Shown one piece after another: positions 42,531 to 52,624 of a stretch of 64,000 nucleotides of DNA. The position numbers were made by a program, and so were the translations under genes. Each line of letters starts with the position of its first letter. The first letter of the stretch is position 1. The notes below the pieces were generated by a model. It had not been told where the DNA came from and ran no database searches. It worked only from the letters and a program-made list of their open reading frames with translations. The stretch spans positions 3,900-67,899 of the forward strand of contig CAJHIS010000002.1 of the NCBI GenBank assembly GCA_905067555.1, in the 5' to 3' direction. The stretch comes from Candidatus Argoarchaeum ethanivorans (GTDB taxonomy: Archaea; Halobacteriota; Methanosarcinia; Methanosarcinales; EX4572-44).

Positions 42531-43631
42531 TCAGGATATTACTTCTTGCAGGCGTCTTTGTTCGATAGCAAGTTTAATCTCTCGTGCGATGCGTCTTCCT
42601 GTTGACATGTTATCATAAAGTAAATCAGCATAAGGCGAGCCTGAAATAAAAAAATTTGTGCCAGCAACGATTCTTGCCGAAAGTTCAAACACCCTAAATT
42701 CAAGCTTATCGGTAAGCACTGTTTCAAGACAGAAGGGGCCAATCATGCCGCCAAAGAGTTTGATTGATTCTTCAACGACAGCCTCACCCATCTCAAAAAT
42801 CTTCGGCATCAGGGATTCACGTGCTACAAGGGGCATGTTTCCAGTCACAACAAAAGTAGGATTGATGCCTGATGATTCCAGTTCCTTTGGAGAGCCTAAC
42901 CTAAAAATCTCATCAGCATTGGATTCGACACGCCGATCCATGCTCAGCATCTCAAGAGTTCCGTTGCTCAACTGGTAGCCTTTTTTCACAATGGGCGAGT
43001 AAAAATAATGCAGGTAATACCTGGTTCCCAGAATAAACTCCTGGATCGTGTATGGTTGTGTGTTGTCTATCCCATCTTCAAACTCCTGGTGAGTTTTTGC
43101 AACAAAAAAACCCCTGCCGCCCTTTGCACCGTGATATTTTACCATCACCGGCCCTTTAATATCTAAAGGATCTGAAATTTTTCGCGGCATAGTAATTCCT
43201 GCACGCCCAAGCCATGTCCGCTGCTTTTCTCTATCAATTTCCCATTCAAGTACTCTGCGATTGCCAAAAGTCGGAACATCAAGCTTTTCAAAGTTCTTGT
43301 GTCCAAGATACTCAACAAGCGAACCATGAGGTATTAAAATAACGTTCTTTTCAGTTAATTCGTCAGCATGATTTAAAAAATCAGTATAAGAATCAACACA
43401 TAAAAACTCATCAGGCTTTGCCCTTGGAAAAGCATCATAAAAACGTGGTGCATTCCCTATACATAATCCCAATGTTTTAAACCCCTCGCGTCGTGCACCA
43501 TCAAAAATTTGAAGGCTGCTGTGAGAGCAAACCGTGGCAATGGTTACGTCACTCAGATCATAACCCCCAATCAATTCAGCAATTCTGTTCAAATCAATCA
43601 TAAAATTAACCCTATGATAACTATGTATCAC
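42531..43631 (-). CDS. purP: PurP family ATP-grasp protein (FAICAR synthase-like)
   Basis: SHSSLQI, PHGS, GAKGGRGFF, FELSARIVAGTN, MSTGRRIA. Confidence 0.9.
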   Translation of the reverse strand: MIHSYHRVNFMIDLNRIAELIGGYDLSDVTIATVCSHSSLQIFDGARREGFKTLGLCIGNAPRFYDAFPRAKPDEFLCVDSYTDFLNHADELTEKNVILIPHGSLVEYLGHKNFEKLDVPTFGNRRVLEWEIDREKQRTWLGRAGITMPRKISDPLDIKGPVMVKYHGAKGGRGFFVAKTHQEFEDGIDNTQPYTIQEFILGTRYYLHYFYSPIVKKGYQLSNGTLEMLSMDRRVESNADEIFRLGSPKELESSGINPTFVVTGNMPLVARESLMPKIFEMGEAVVEESIKLFGGMIGPFCLETVLTDKLEFRVFELSARIVAGTNFFISGSPYADLLYDNMSTGRRIAREIKLAIEQRRLQEVIS

Positions 43632-43700
43632 TCCTATAAAACAACTGTGATAGTGTTTGTTTTAAGCCTTGATTACTGCCTAATCAAGAGTTATCTTAAT

Positions 43701-43787
43701 GTCGCAAGCATCAGAAAACCCAAACAGGGATTGAAACTACGAAGTATATGGCCGAGCCATTTAACACTTCCAAGCTAAAAATCAGAA
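43701..43787 (+). CRISPR. solitary CRISPR repeat plus putative single spacer (not an array)
   Basis: 37-bp GTCGCAAGCATCAGAAAACCCAAACAGGGATTGAAAC with CCC/GGG hairpin and ATTGAAAC handle; ~34 nt later a possible eroded repeat start (atcagaa). Confidence 0.6.
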
Positions 43788-43872
43788 CGCCGAGGAGGAG
43801 ATTTGAACTCCTGCGGGACGAAGTCCCACCGGTTTTCAAGACCGGCGCCGTAGGCCGCTTGGCTACCTCGGC
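43788..43872 (-). tRNA. tRNA-Ser(TGA)
   Basis: GCCGAGG stem, CCGGT-CT-TGA-AA-ACCGG, long variable arm. Confidence 0.95.
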
Positions 43873-43881
43873 AGCTTTTTT

Positions 43882-44032
43882 AACGTATAGGAAAGTATAA
43901 ACGCAACCATGTTCTCTTACCTTGATTACTTCGTAATCAAGAATTGTTTTCTGTACAACGAAGTTGTACAGTGCTTCTCGCAATCGAGAATTAAAGGTTA
44001 TAGGTTATCTCTGCAAAGCGCAAGCTTTGCAG
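43882..44032. repeat. composite REP-like element with head module
   Basis: aacgtataggaaagtataaacgcaac; cttgattac-ttc-gtaatcaag; ctgtacaac-gaa-gttgtacag; ctgcaaagc-gcaa-gctttgcag. Confidence 0.88.
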
Positions 44033-44036
44033 TTTC

Positions 44037-44717
44037 TTAAGTAGCTGTTTTGATGTTGTTTTCGGTGTAGGTTTCTGTATATATTACCTCTGTAATATTA
44101 GTGTATTTGATAATCTCCTCAGCAAGCTTTCGTTTTGAGACAGCCCATTGTGGCATTTGAGATATTTTAATTGGTACATCCATGGTAGCTGTGCTGTTGT
44201 TTATGTCAACTCCAGGAGTTTCTTTGGTGTAAAGATGCATTAATCTTTTTATTTTTTCAAGTTCATCCTCGATTTTTTCTTCTATTTTGTACGTGTAATA
44301 CAGCGTTTCGTTTGATAATAGGTTATTAAAATCTACCTGCACCCGCCGCCCTATAACCCGGTGAACAGTGCCGTATTTTCCGTCTATCTGTACCATTGCC
44401 CCAACTTCTATTTTTTCTTTGAATTGGTTGATGTTGTAGCTTTTTATAAGCTCCGGGTCATATTCACCGAACCCCTTTTCTGGTGGTATGGAAACCGCTC
44501 CATTATAACCCACTTCTTTTCCAATTACATCTTCTTCAAGTCCTTCTAATGCATACCCTGCACCAACGATGATTATTTCTTCATTATAGGAATAGGCGTC
44601 GTCATATATGTCGTTGTCTCTGGCTATTTGCTCGTCTGTTGTGTCAAAGATTTCTCCATTTTCATCTTTAATTTGTCCTGTATAGGTTAGTTTGATAAAA
44701 TCACCTTTTTGAATCAT
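44037..44717 (-). CDS. FKBP-type peptidyl-prolyl isomerase (long archaeal type)
   Basis: GDFIKLTYTG, FDTT, PEKGFG, VDFNNLL. Confidence 0.92.
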   Translation of the reverse strand: MIQKGDFIKLTYTGQIKDENGEIFDTTDEQIARDNDIYDDAYSYNEEIIIVGAGYALEGLEEDVIGKEVGYNGAVSIPPEKGFGEYDPELIKSYNINQFKEKIEVGAMVQIDGKYGTVHRVIGRRVQVDFNNLLSNETLYYTYKIEEKIEDELEKIKRLMHLYTKETPGVDINNSTATMDVPIKISQMPQWAVSKRKLAEEIIKYTNITEVIYTETYTENNIKTAT

Positions 44718-44850
44718 AATACGATACCTCTCTTTGTTAGTGGTGGATTTACTATAAAAGTTTTGCTATGTTGGCAGAGCCACTATGCGTAGGAAAGTAT
44801 AAATACTACCCTACTGCGCAGCAAGCTCCACGTGAATGAACTTTGAGCAT

Positions 44851-45867
44851 CTACTTCATTATAGCTGCACATATTTCATCCACTTTATCTCTAAACTCGC
44901 TTTGTTCAATTCCAAGAAGATTTGCTAAGAACATCGCACCTCCGGCTCCAACACCATCTTTCACATCGCCAGCTTCATACATTCGTAATCCTTTAAACCT
45001 TGCTTTACTAAAACCAGGATCGCTAATATAAGCCCTGTAACCTAGCGTGGAGACGGTGTCTAAAAAGTTAGCGGTTTTATCTTCTGCAATGAATTTGGTG
45101 GTGGCTATAGCTATGTCCCCCTCGATGTCAAGGTGCTTGATTATTGCAAGTACTGCCATCATTTGTGTGCCTCCCGCGAGTATTGTATCCACACCAGACA
45201 ATCCCTTGACAAGTCCTACGACGGTTGGCATCATCGAATCCCCGAAGAGTTCTACTGCTTTTAGTGGATCGTCTTTCAAATCTCCAAAGAAGATGCTACT
45301 TTTATTCATCGCCTCGTCTACAACTTGATTTTTTATCTCGACCGGGTTCTTTGAAAAACTGCTGCTGACCATTGCATCATATCCAATTGCCCGAAGGACA
45401 CCAAGAGCAGTCGTGGTGCCACCAGGGACACTCTCACCAATAACAACAAAATCGAATGTTTTGCTGAGCTGTATTCCAAGCAGAAAGGATTGTTCGACTA
45501 TTGTAGCAGGACTATCAACTGCTCTCCCTGTTCTGATATCTGCCGATGGTGAAGCGCCAACATTTAACAACGGTATTTCAGGGCGTACCCGAAGTCCTGC
45601 ATCCACGAAAAGACATGGGACACCTGTAAGCTCCATAGATGCACGGGTGATTACTGCTGGCGTTGGGGTTTTATTTGTCATGGGTGGCTCATCAATGGAG
45701 TGGGTCGCACCAAACGTAACAATTTCAGCATCGCCGGCAGGTGTATACTCCGGAGTTCTCCCCGCACCTGAGATGCCCGGCACCTTGGCTATATCTGTTG
45801 TTGAAAGTACGCATAAAAATAAAGGTCTTTTTGGAGAATAATTGGAAGAAGGAACTGTCCAGTTCAT
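44851..45867 (-). CDS. cobT: archaeal nicotinate-nucleotide:DMB phosphoribosyltransferase
   Basis: PGISGAG, PTPAVIT, GESVPGGTTTA, LAGGTQM, KDGVGAGG. Confidence 0.9.
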   Translation of the reverse strand: MNWTVPSSNYSPKRPLFLCVLSTTDIAKVPGISGAGRTPEYTPAGDAEIVTFGATHSIDEPPMTNKTPTPAVITRASMELTGVPCLFVDAGLRVRPEIPLLNVGASPSADIRTGRAVDSPATIVEQSFLLGIQLSKTFDFVVIGESVPGGTTTALGVLRAIGYDAMVSSSFSKNPVEIKNQVVDEAMNKSSIFFGDLKDDPLKAVELFGDSMMPTVVGLVKGLSGVDTILAGGTQMMAVLAIIKHLDIEGDIAIATTKFIAEDKTANFLDTVSTLGYRAYISDPGFSKARFKGLRMYEAGDVKDGVGAGGAMFLANLLGIEQSEFRDKVDEICAAIMK

Positions 45868-45952
45868 AATATGATAGCAGTATCTTGTATCATATATAAA
45901 TTATGATGGCACTTGCGAATCATCTGGATGACACTGTATAAAAATCCGAGTG

Positions 45953-46058
45953 TTTTATCACCGCAGAGATTGCAAAGGGCGCAGAGTTTTAAGACCGTTC
46001 CAATCCTCGCTCTGGTTTTCTGATGCCTCTCTCGTTCTCAGCGTACTCTGCGGTAAAA
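45953..46058. repeat. second repeat family element with terminal inverted repeats
   Basis: accgcagag (45960) ... ctctgcggt (46046). Confidence 0.6.
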
Positions 46059-46103
46059 CTTGCAGATACAGTGATAACACTTGGATTTTCCGATTGCGTC
46101 TGC

Positions 46104-47165
46104 TTAACCTATTACACCGGTGGCTTCTGCAAGATTTATAGCAGCTTTTTCATTCAAACCCCTACTCAAAATGGTATAACGCTCAGGACGAATATTATGT
46201 GCATACAGGAGTGCCTGGATGATGTGTTCTTTTCTAATCCCAAGTTCAGAAGCAGTCGTGGGTGCACCAATCTGGGATAACGCATTCTTTATGCTTTGCC
46301 AGTCACCACCGTGCAAATACATCATCATAATAGTTCCAAGACCACACTGCTCACCATGAAGTCCTGAATCAGGTGCAATCCTTGAAAGGGCATGAGCAAA
46401 CTTGTGCTCAGAACCACTCGCGGGGCGACTTGAACCAGCAATACTCATAGCAACACCGCTTGACACCAGTGCCTTTATAACCATCCATGCCGACTCTTCG
46501 AGCCCGGGTTTGATTGAATCGCTGGAGTTCATTATAATCTGAGCCGTCATCGAAGACAGCGTGGATGCATACTCACTGAACGCCTCTCCACACAAGCGAT
46601 GTGCAAGCTCCCAATCCCGAACTGCAGTATAATTTGAAATAATATCAGCACATCCGGAAGCAAGAAGCCGATGCGGCGCTCCTGCAATTATCTTTGTATC
46701 AGCAACAACGGCAAGAGGGGATTTAGCCTCCACTGATACCATTTGCCCATTCCTGCTAACAGATGCAGTAGAAGATACAATGCCATCATGCGAAGCAGCG
46801 GTGGGTACACTGATAAATGGAATTGACAACGTCTTGGATACAACCTTTGCAACATCGATGGATTTACCGCCACCGATACCAAGTATAAAATTTGTTTTAA
46901 CTTCCATGCAAAAGTTTTCAACTTTTTTTATCTGTTCATCGCTTGCTTTATCAACTGCAACCGTGTGAACATTGTAGGATGAATCTTCGAGTACACTCTT
47001 TGCCTTGCTCCCAAAAATTTCTCTCGTGTTCTCGCCACTAACAATAACTGCAGTACCATCAAGCTTAAGTTCAATACAAACCTTAGCAAGATCGTTAATT
47101 ACACCATGCCCGAGGATTACACTTCTTGGCAGCTGCATCCATTTATGTTTATAATTAATATCCAA
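46104..47165 (-). CDS. egsA: sn-glycerol-1-phosphate dehydrogenase
   Basis: GGGKSIDVAK, PTAASHDG, SSRPASGSEH, LHGEQCG; start uncertain. Confidence 0.95.
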   Translation of the reverse strand: MDINYKHKWMQLPRSVILGHGVINDLAKVCIELKLDGTAVIVSGENTREIFGSKAKSVLEDSSYNVHTVAVDKASDEQIKKVENFCMEVKTNFILGIGGGKSIDVAKVVSKTLSIPFISVPTAASHDGIVSSTASVSRNGQMVSVEAKSPLAVVADTKIIAGAPHRLLASGCADIISNYTAVRDWELAHRLCGEAFSEYASTLSSMTAQIIMNSSDSIKPGLEESAWMVIKALVSSGVAMSIAGSSRPASGSEHKFAHALSRIAPDSGLHGEQCGLGTIMMMYLHGGDWQSIKNALSQIGAPTTASELGIRKEHIIQALLYAHNIRPERYTILSRGLNEKAAINLAEATGVIG

Positions 47166-47185
47166 TATCAGTACCTCATAAAACC

Positions 47186-48022
47186 ATGCTTGACTCAATT
47201 AAACAATTCATCTATACATACTATCTATCAGGCATCATCAACGATACCCCATATAATATCGTTGATACCATAACCTATGCTATAATACTTGGTATAAGTA
47301 TCTTTGCAGTCTTAAAACTATTGTCCTGCCTGAACGTAGATGTTGACAGAAAATTTATACTTGCAATCGTACCCTACATATTAGCAGGCTCAGCACTTCG
47401 AGTGATAAAAGATACAGGTCTTGTCCAGGCACCATGGAAATACATGCTGGTAACACCACCTATTTATTTTGTAGTATTCGCGGTAACAGTACTGCTGCTG
47501 GTACTATCGATAAAAATAGCTTCAAAAACACGCAACGATTATTATGTGATATTTGCAATACTTGGCGTCATTTGGTTTGCAGTAAACTTAACCATCCTTG
47601 TAACAATAAAAACACCAGAGAGACTGGATATTCCGCCGCTGATTATAATACTTGGAATAGCTGCAACAACTATTGTTTACCAGATAGCAAAAAAAATCAA
47701 TTTTCACTACTTGACAGATAAACTCAACATCAGTATTCTTGCAGCCCACCTGCTTGATGCGTCTTCAACTTTTGTTGGAATTGACATGTTAGGGTATTAC
47801 GAAAAACATGTAGTTCCAACATGGTTAATAAACCAGATAGGCACAGCAGCGGTGATGTATCCACTCAAACTTGGAATATTTATACCAGTAATATACCTTC
47901 TTGACACAGAATTCAAAGAAGAAAAGTACCACACACTCAAAAATCTCATCAAACTGGTAATACTTGTGCTTGGGTTATCTCCTGCTGTCAGAAATACATT
48001 GCGGATGACACTTTTGGTATAA
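47186..48022 (+). CDS. DUF63 family membrane protein
   Basis: YNIVDTITY, AHLLDASSTF, YYEKHV, LGLSPAVRNTLR. Confidence 0.88.
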   Translation: MLDSIKQFIYTYYLSGIINDTPYNIVDTITYAIILGISIFAVLKLLSCLNVDVDRKFILAIVPYILAGSALRVIKDTGLVQAPWKYMLVTPPIYFVVFAVTVLLLVLSIKIASKTRNDYYVIFAILGVIWFAVNLTILVTIKTPERLDIPPLIIILGIAATTIVYQIAKKINFHYLTDKLNISILAAHLLDASSTFVGIDMLGYYEKHVVPTWLINQIGTAAVMYPLKLGIFIPVIYLLDTEFKEEKYHTLKNLIKLVILVLGLSPAVRNTLRMTLLV

Positions 48023-48206
48023 ACGGGGGCTGTCAAATTAGCTTTAATATATATCATCTTTACTTTCCTCGTAACCAGGTCTCTTCATCGTATCCAAGCA
48101 CATTCATCGCGTGCTCGGCATGACCAGAAGCATGGCAATCACGAAGATAGTATGGCTTATCTCAGGTGCAATAGCAGTTCAATTTTAGTATTTTTATACT
48201 TCTTGC

Positions 48207-49199
48207 TCACAACCACCCTTTTCTGTTGAAGTATATCACCATACTTATTGACATAGTTGCCATTACCATTAAAATAAAGACATACCCATAAGGTAAATAG
48301 AGTTCTGGCATGTTCAATGGATTATCTGTTCCACCGCCCTGGAAATTCATGCCGTATATTCCAGTAACGAAGGTGAGAGGTATAAATATTGTTGCGATGA
48401 TTGTCAGCACTTTCATTATTTCATTCATTTTATTAGCTAAGGACGAGTGATAAACCTCAAGTGCCTCACCAGCATTTGCTCGTATATTCTCTATTGAATC
48501 CAGCAGAGAAACGGTGTGGTCGTAAACATCCCTGAAGTAAATCCTGGTTTCCGGTTTAATTAGCAGTGTATCGATTCTATTTAACTTGCTCACGGCATCC
48601 CGCTGCCCTCTGACGATGCTGTGAATATGTCTAACCTGCCTTATAAGTTGCCTGATCTTCTTCATACTTCGCCCAGTCGGGTTTTCGAGGATCTCTTCAT
48701 CAATCTCATCTATTTTATCCTCAAAATCTTCTATAACTGTGATGTAATTATCAACAACACCGTCCAATATCCTGTAAAGCAAAAAATCTTCTTTTCCCTT
48801 CAGTATAAATGGCTTTTTTCTTAGAATTTTCTCTTTTAACTCATCTATAATGTTTAATTGCTTTTCATGGATTGTTATCAGAACATACTTGCTGACAAAA
48901 ATGCTTAACTGCCTGGTTGAAATATCTCCTTCCACAACATTTATTGTCTTCGCAATGACGAATAGATACTCATCATAATCATCCACCTTGGGTCTTTCAT
49001 CCATCTGTACACTGTCTTCGATTGCTAAAGGATGGAATTCAAAGAGGTTTTTGAGTGGAGAAAGCTCTTTGATTGTCGGTTCAGTAATGTCTATCCAGAG
49101 CACAAAATTTTCTTCTTGCAGTGCAGGAATCTCTTCGAGTGATTTTAATTCGTAGATATGCTGCATCATATCCGAGTATTTAACCGCTGTAATCTTCAT
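48207..49199 (-). CDS. corA: CorA Mg/Co transporter
   Basis: HPLAIED, YFRDVYDH, YGMNF, MPEL. Confidence 0.95.
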   Translation of the reverse strand: MKITAVKYSDMMQHIYELKSLEEIPALQEENFVLWIDITEPTIKELSPLKNLFEFHPLAIEDSVQMDERPKVDDYDEYLFVIAKTINVVEGDISTRQLSIFVSKYVLITIHEKQLNIIDELKEKILRKKPFILKGKEDFLLYRILDGVVDNYITVIEDFEDKIDEIDEEILENPTGRSMKKIRQLIRQVRHIHSIVRGQRDAVSKLNRIDTLLIKPETRIYFRDVYDHTVSLLDSIENIRANAGEALEVYHSSLANKMNEIMKVLTIIATIFIPLTFVTGIYGMNFQGGGTDNPLNMPELYLPYGYVFILMVMATMSISMVIYFNRKGWL

Positions 49200-49801
49200 T
49201 TTTTATCATCAACGTTTTTTTCCGTTCCATATTCTGTAACAGCTTTAGCCTTACAAACGTCAAGACGTTTCTTTTTAGGAAGCAGCACAAGCATAGTTAA
49301 CATTAAGAATATCCAGAAAAAGCTTCCTGTATTTTCGATTACATCTCTATTTACCATCTTGTTCTGGTCCTCACTGTTTGATCTATATTCTATCTTACAG
49401 TACTCACATATATCAACTTGCCTGTATCAAGGCTGTCATGTCATCTGGTGTTGCTGTAAGTTCAGGTGTTGTGGAAAATGTGGTTATTAGAAATTTTTAC
49501 TACATAAAAAAAGGTTCATTTGTGAAACAGCCAGATTTATCACCGTACATGGCTACTATCTTCTTTCGGAGATACTGTTAAGTGCAAAACATATATAAAA
49601 CGTTCTCTTGATTTAATACATACCCTGCTACAACCTGACCACGCTTCAACCAAAACCTAACTCACCTCACACTCTATCCACGCTTGTACCAATCTCGTGA
49701 CCTCCTGTGATTTTTTCCACACCAGCTCAAAACACATACAAAAACGTAAATATCATTAAAAACAGAAGAAAGTAAACACTGCTAATTGAATGGAGATATT
49801 G

Positions 49802-50437
49802 ATGAAAATTACTATTATTTATGATAACAATGTTTACACCGAGGGTCTCAAGTCTGACTGGGGTTTTTCATGCCTCGTAGAGGTGTACGGAAAAAAAATA
49901 CTTTTTGATACGGGTGCAGAAGGCTCTATACTTCTTGATAATATGAAAAAACTCAACATAGATCCATCTATAATTGAAGAAATTTTTATTTCTCATTCCC
50001 ATTGGGATCATACTGGCGGGCTTTCAGATTTTCTTGCAGTAAATCCAGTCAAAGTTTATATTCCTGCCTCATTTTCTAAACCACAGAGTGCAGGAGAAGT
50101 GGTTAAAGTAAAAGAGCCACTTAAAATACATGAGAACATTTTTTCAACTGGTGAACTTGGAGGCATAGAACAATCCCTCGTGGTTAAAACAGAACAGGGG
50201 GTGGTTGTGATTGCAGGTTGTTCACATCCCGGTGTCAGGGAAATCCTAGAAAAAGCATCACATTTTGGAAGGGTTTATGCACTTATCGGGGGGCTGCACG
50301 CATTCAAAGAGTTTAATCTGCTTAGAGATTTAGCATTAATCTGCCCAACCCACTGCACCCAGTTCAAATCAGAAATAGAGTCACTGTATCCTGATAAGTG
50401 TGTCAAAGGGGGTGCAGGTAAAGTGATACAAATATAA
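49802..50437 (+). CDS. MBL-fold metallohydrolase (COG1237-like)
   Basis: LFDTG, SHSHWDHTGG, GCSHPG, GGLH, HCT. Confidence 0.88.
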   Translation: MKITIIYDNNVYTEGLKSDWGFSCLVEVYGKKILFDTGAEGSILLDNMKKLNIDPSIIEEIFISHSHWDHTGGLSDFLAVNPVKVYIPASFSKPQSAGEVVKVKEPLKIHENIFSTGELGGIEQSLVVKTEQGVVVIAGCSHPGVREILEKASHFGRVYALIGGLHAFKEFNLLRDLALICPTHCTQFKSEIESLYPDKCVKGGAGKVIQI

Positions 50438-50490
50438 TAGGCGTTTTAAGCTGATGTAAAAAAACCACAAAATTGCAGGGAGATTGACAC

Positions 50491-50637
50491 CTGCACAACT
50501 TCGTTGTGCAGAGATAACTAATAACTCAAACGGTGATGTTTTAACAGTAACTATCAACAATTACACGTGTTGTGCAGAGATAACCAATAACTTAAAACCG
50601 ATCAGAGTTACTGTGTTTAAGTTATTTATGCACAACT
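50491..50637. repeat. REP-like cluster between convergent genes
   Basis: ctgcacaac-ttc-gttgtgcag then half copies gttgtgcagagataac and tgcacaac. Confidence 0.8.
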
Positions 50638-50639
50638 CC

Positions 50640-51725
50640 TCACCTCAGCATATATTCATCAATATTCTTTTCCACCATTTCTCTCTTTCTTCTATGCTCT
50701 TTGAGATAATTATTAACTTTTTCTATGAAATATTCTTTAAGTTCTCCTGTTAACATGCTTCCGTCTCTGTAATCCTGTGCTATTTGTGCAAGTTTCCTGT
50801 CGTCTTCCTCAAAGAAATACTTTAAATAAAGAAAAGATACGTCTACATCCGGGTCGCCTCCTTTTTCCCTGTGTTCTTTGATGCTTGGCTGTCCACCCGA
50901 AAATGCATATTTATGTACCTTACTGGCAACTGCATCTTCATCATCACTCAGCCATATAGCATTATTTCCACTGGAACTCATTTTCGGCCCTTCAAGCCCT
51001 GGTGCCAATTTTTTGTGAATTGCAGCCGGCTTTTGAAAGCCAAACCTCTCTGCTATATCTCTTGTCAGCCTCATAAATGGATCCTGGTCTATCCCTATCG
51101 GCACTAACGTTTGATGGGACCCCTCTATAAATTGTGGGTATAGTATGTGTGCTGCCTGCATCGCTGGATAAAATACCCATCCAATGTTATTTTCCGGTTT
51201 CAATCCAAAAACAGCTTTTGCTGTAGAGTATGTGATCTTCTTGGCAACCTGTGAAGCGTACCTGTATATTTTTGTGTGCTCGAAATCCTTGTGAACGATC
51301 GTTTTCTCCGGATCAAACCCCATTGCCAGTATATCCAGTATATTATCATCTGCAAATCTTTCCACATCCCCAACGTTTAGATACTCCTTTATATAGAATT
51401 TCTCGTCGTCTGATACAGGTATGTACACCGTGCATCCATACGCATCCTGGAAGTATTTTGGTATAGCATATAGAGTCAAATGTCCTATATGCATTCTCTC
51501 GGAGGGCCCTCTCCCACTAACTACAGAAACCTTTTCTTTGTTATCGTAAGCATTAAGCCATTTATCCAGATCCCTGTGAGAAAAACACATACCCCTTTTA
51601 ACAGGAGGCGGCAGCGGCAGCTTCAATCTTGAAAACAGATGGTTATCTATAGACTGGGTGCCAAATTCTTCTATCAACCTATTATAGTCAATATCCCCCT
51701 CGACTTCCCATGGAGTTATAGACAT
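50640..51725 (-). CDS. trpS: tryptophan--tRNA ligase
   Basis: TPWEV, GRGPS..MHIGH, GIDQDP, KMSSS, AFSGG. Confidence 0.96.
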   Translation of the reverse strand: MSITPWEVEGDIDYNRLIEEFGTQSIDNHLFSRLKLPLPPPVKRGMCFSHRDLDKWLNAYDNKEKVSVVSGRGPSERMHIGHLTLYAIPKYFQDAYGCTVYIPVSDDEKFYIKEYLNVGDVERFADDNILDILAMGFDPEKTIVHKDFEHTKIYRYASQVAKKITYSTAKAVFGLKPENNIGWVFYPAMQAAHILYPQFIEGSHQTLVPIGIDQDPFMRLTRDIAERFGFQKPAAIHKKLAPGLEGPKMSSSGNNAIWLSDDEDAVASKVHKYAFSGGQPSIKEHREKGGDPDVDVSFLYLKYFFEEDDRKLAQIAQDYRDGSMLTGELKEYFIEKVNNYLKEHRRKREMVEKNIDEYMLR

Positions 51726-51778
51726 ATAATTAGCATCCTCTCCGTTCTGAAGAACAGAGAATTCGTGAGGTTTTTCCA

Positions 51779-52030
51779 TTATCTATAAACCCTACTTCTT
51801 TTGTCCACTCTAAAAACCAAGATTACATCATCTTCTTGAATAACCCTATAAAGCATCCTAAAATCTCCAATTCTGATCCTATAAACATCCCTTTCTCCCT
51901 TTAATTTCTTAACATCATAAGGAAATGGATCATTCTGGAGTTCCTTTATTCTTTTAAAAATTCTTTCTTTGCTACCATTTTCTAATTTTGATAGAAACTT
52001 TAGGACTTTTGTTGCAAATTCTACCTTCAT
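51779..52030 (-). CDS. RelE/ParE family toxin
   Basis: KKLKG...YRIRIGDFRMLY...RSRVYR. Confidence 0.9.
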   Translation of the reverse strand: MKVEFATKVLKFLSKLENGSKERIFKRIKELQNDPFPYDVKKLKGERDVYRIRIGDFRMLYRVIQEDDVILVFRVDKRSRVYR

Positions 52031-52266
52031 AACTCAAGAATTCTTTCAGCATCTTCTAAAGAGGTTGTTTTACCTGTGGCATACTCTCTCATGGCTTCGT
52101 TTAAATCTGCTTTATCCTCTTCGCTTAGTACAAGCACGTATTCAGATAATATCTCTTCCATGTTCTTCGTCCTCTTATTTAATTCATCCAGATCATGCTT
52201 CAATAAAAGCAATCCTTCCAATTTTTTATTAATATTCCCTAATATTTGTTGAACTTCGCCACTCAT
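52027..52266 (-). CDS. probable cognate antitoxin
   Basis: Acidic, LSEEDKADLNEAMREYATGKTTSLED; overlaps the toxin start. Confidence 0.8.
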   Translation of the reverse strand: MSGEVQQILGNINKKLEGLLLLKHDLDELNKRTKNMEEILSEYVLVLSEEDKADLNEAMREYATGKTTSLEDAERILEL

Positions 52267-52351
52267 GGCTTCATCCCCCAGAAGGCACACTACTGCCAAA
52301 ACTTAAAAGTTTCGTTAAATTGTGCCGTATCTCTATAAAATTATATATTTT

Positions 52352-52612
52352 CTATTCCTCGCTCAGACTCTCTGCAAGTTCGGTATCAATTATTATATAG
52401 TCCCTGGCTGAGCGTACTGATGCAAAAGGTATGTACATAATATTACCTTTCATTTTGAACTTGGTATCAGTGGCATGGTTTGGCTTTACTACCAGGTCTT
52501 TAAGTTCACCAGTTTTAGTATTTATTATTATATTTACAGCTGTTCCAAGTTCCACTCCATCCATGCTGGTTACAGATTTACGAGACATACTTTTTGCAAA
52601 TACTTTTTCCAT
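52352..52612 (-). CDS. PRC-barrel domain protein
   Basis: DGVELG, NTKTGEL, IPFASVRSARDYIII. Confidence 0.88.
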   Translation of the reverse strand: MEKVFAKSMSRKSVTSMDGVELGTAVNIIINTKTGELKDLVVKPNHATDTKFKMKGNIMYIPFASVRSARDYIIIDTELAESLSEE

Positions 52613-52624
52613 GTTTTCTTCCTC

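Noticed and set aside
47165..47198. Head-to-head overlap of egsA and the DUF63 gene
   Set aside because: Probably an over-extended egsA start; a downstream TTG/ATG removes the overlap.
49200..49560. Possible decayed surface-protein gene upstream of corA
   Set aside because: Only a short Thr/Pro-rich stretch among many stops; not assignable.
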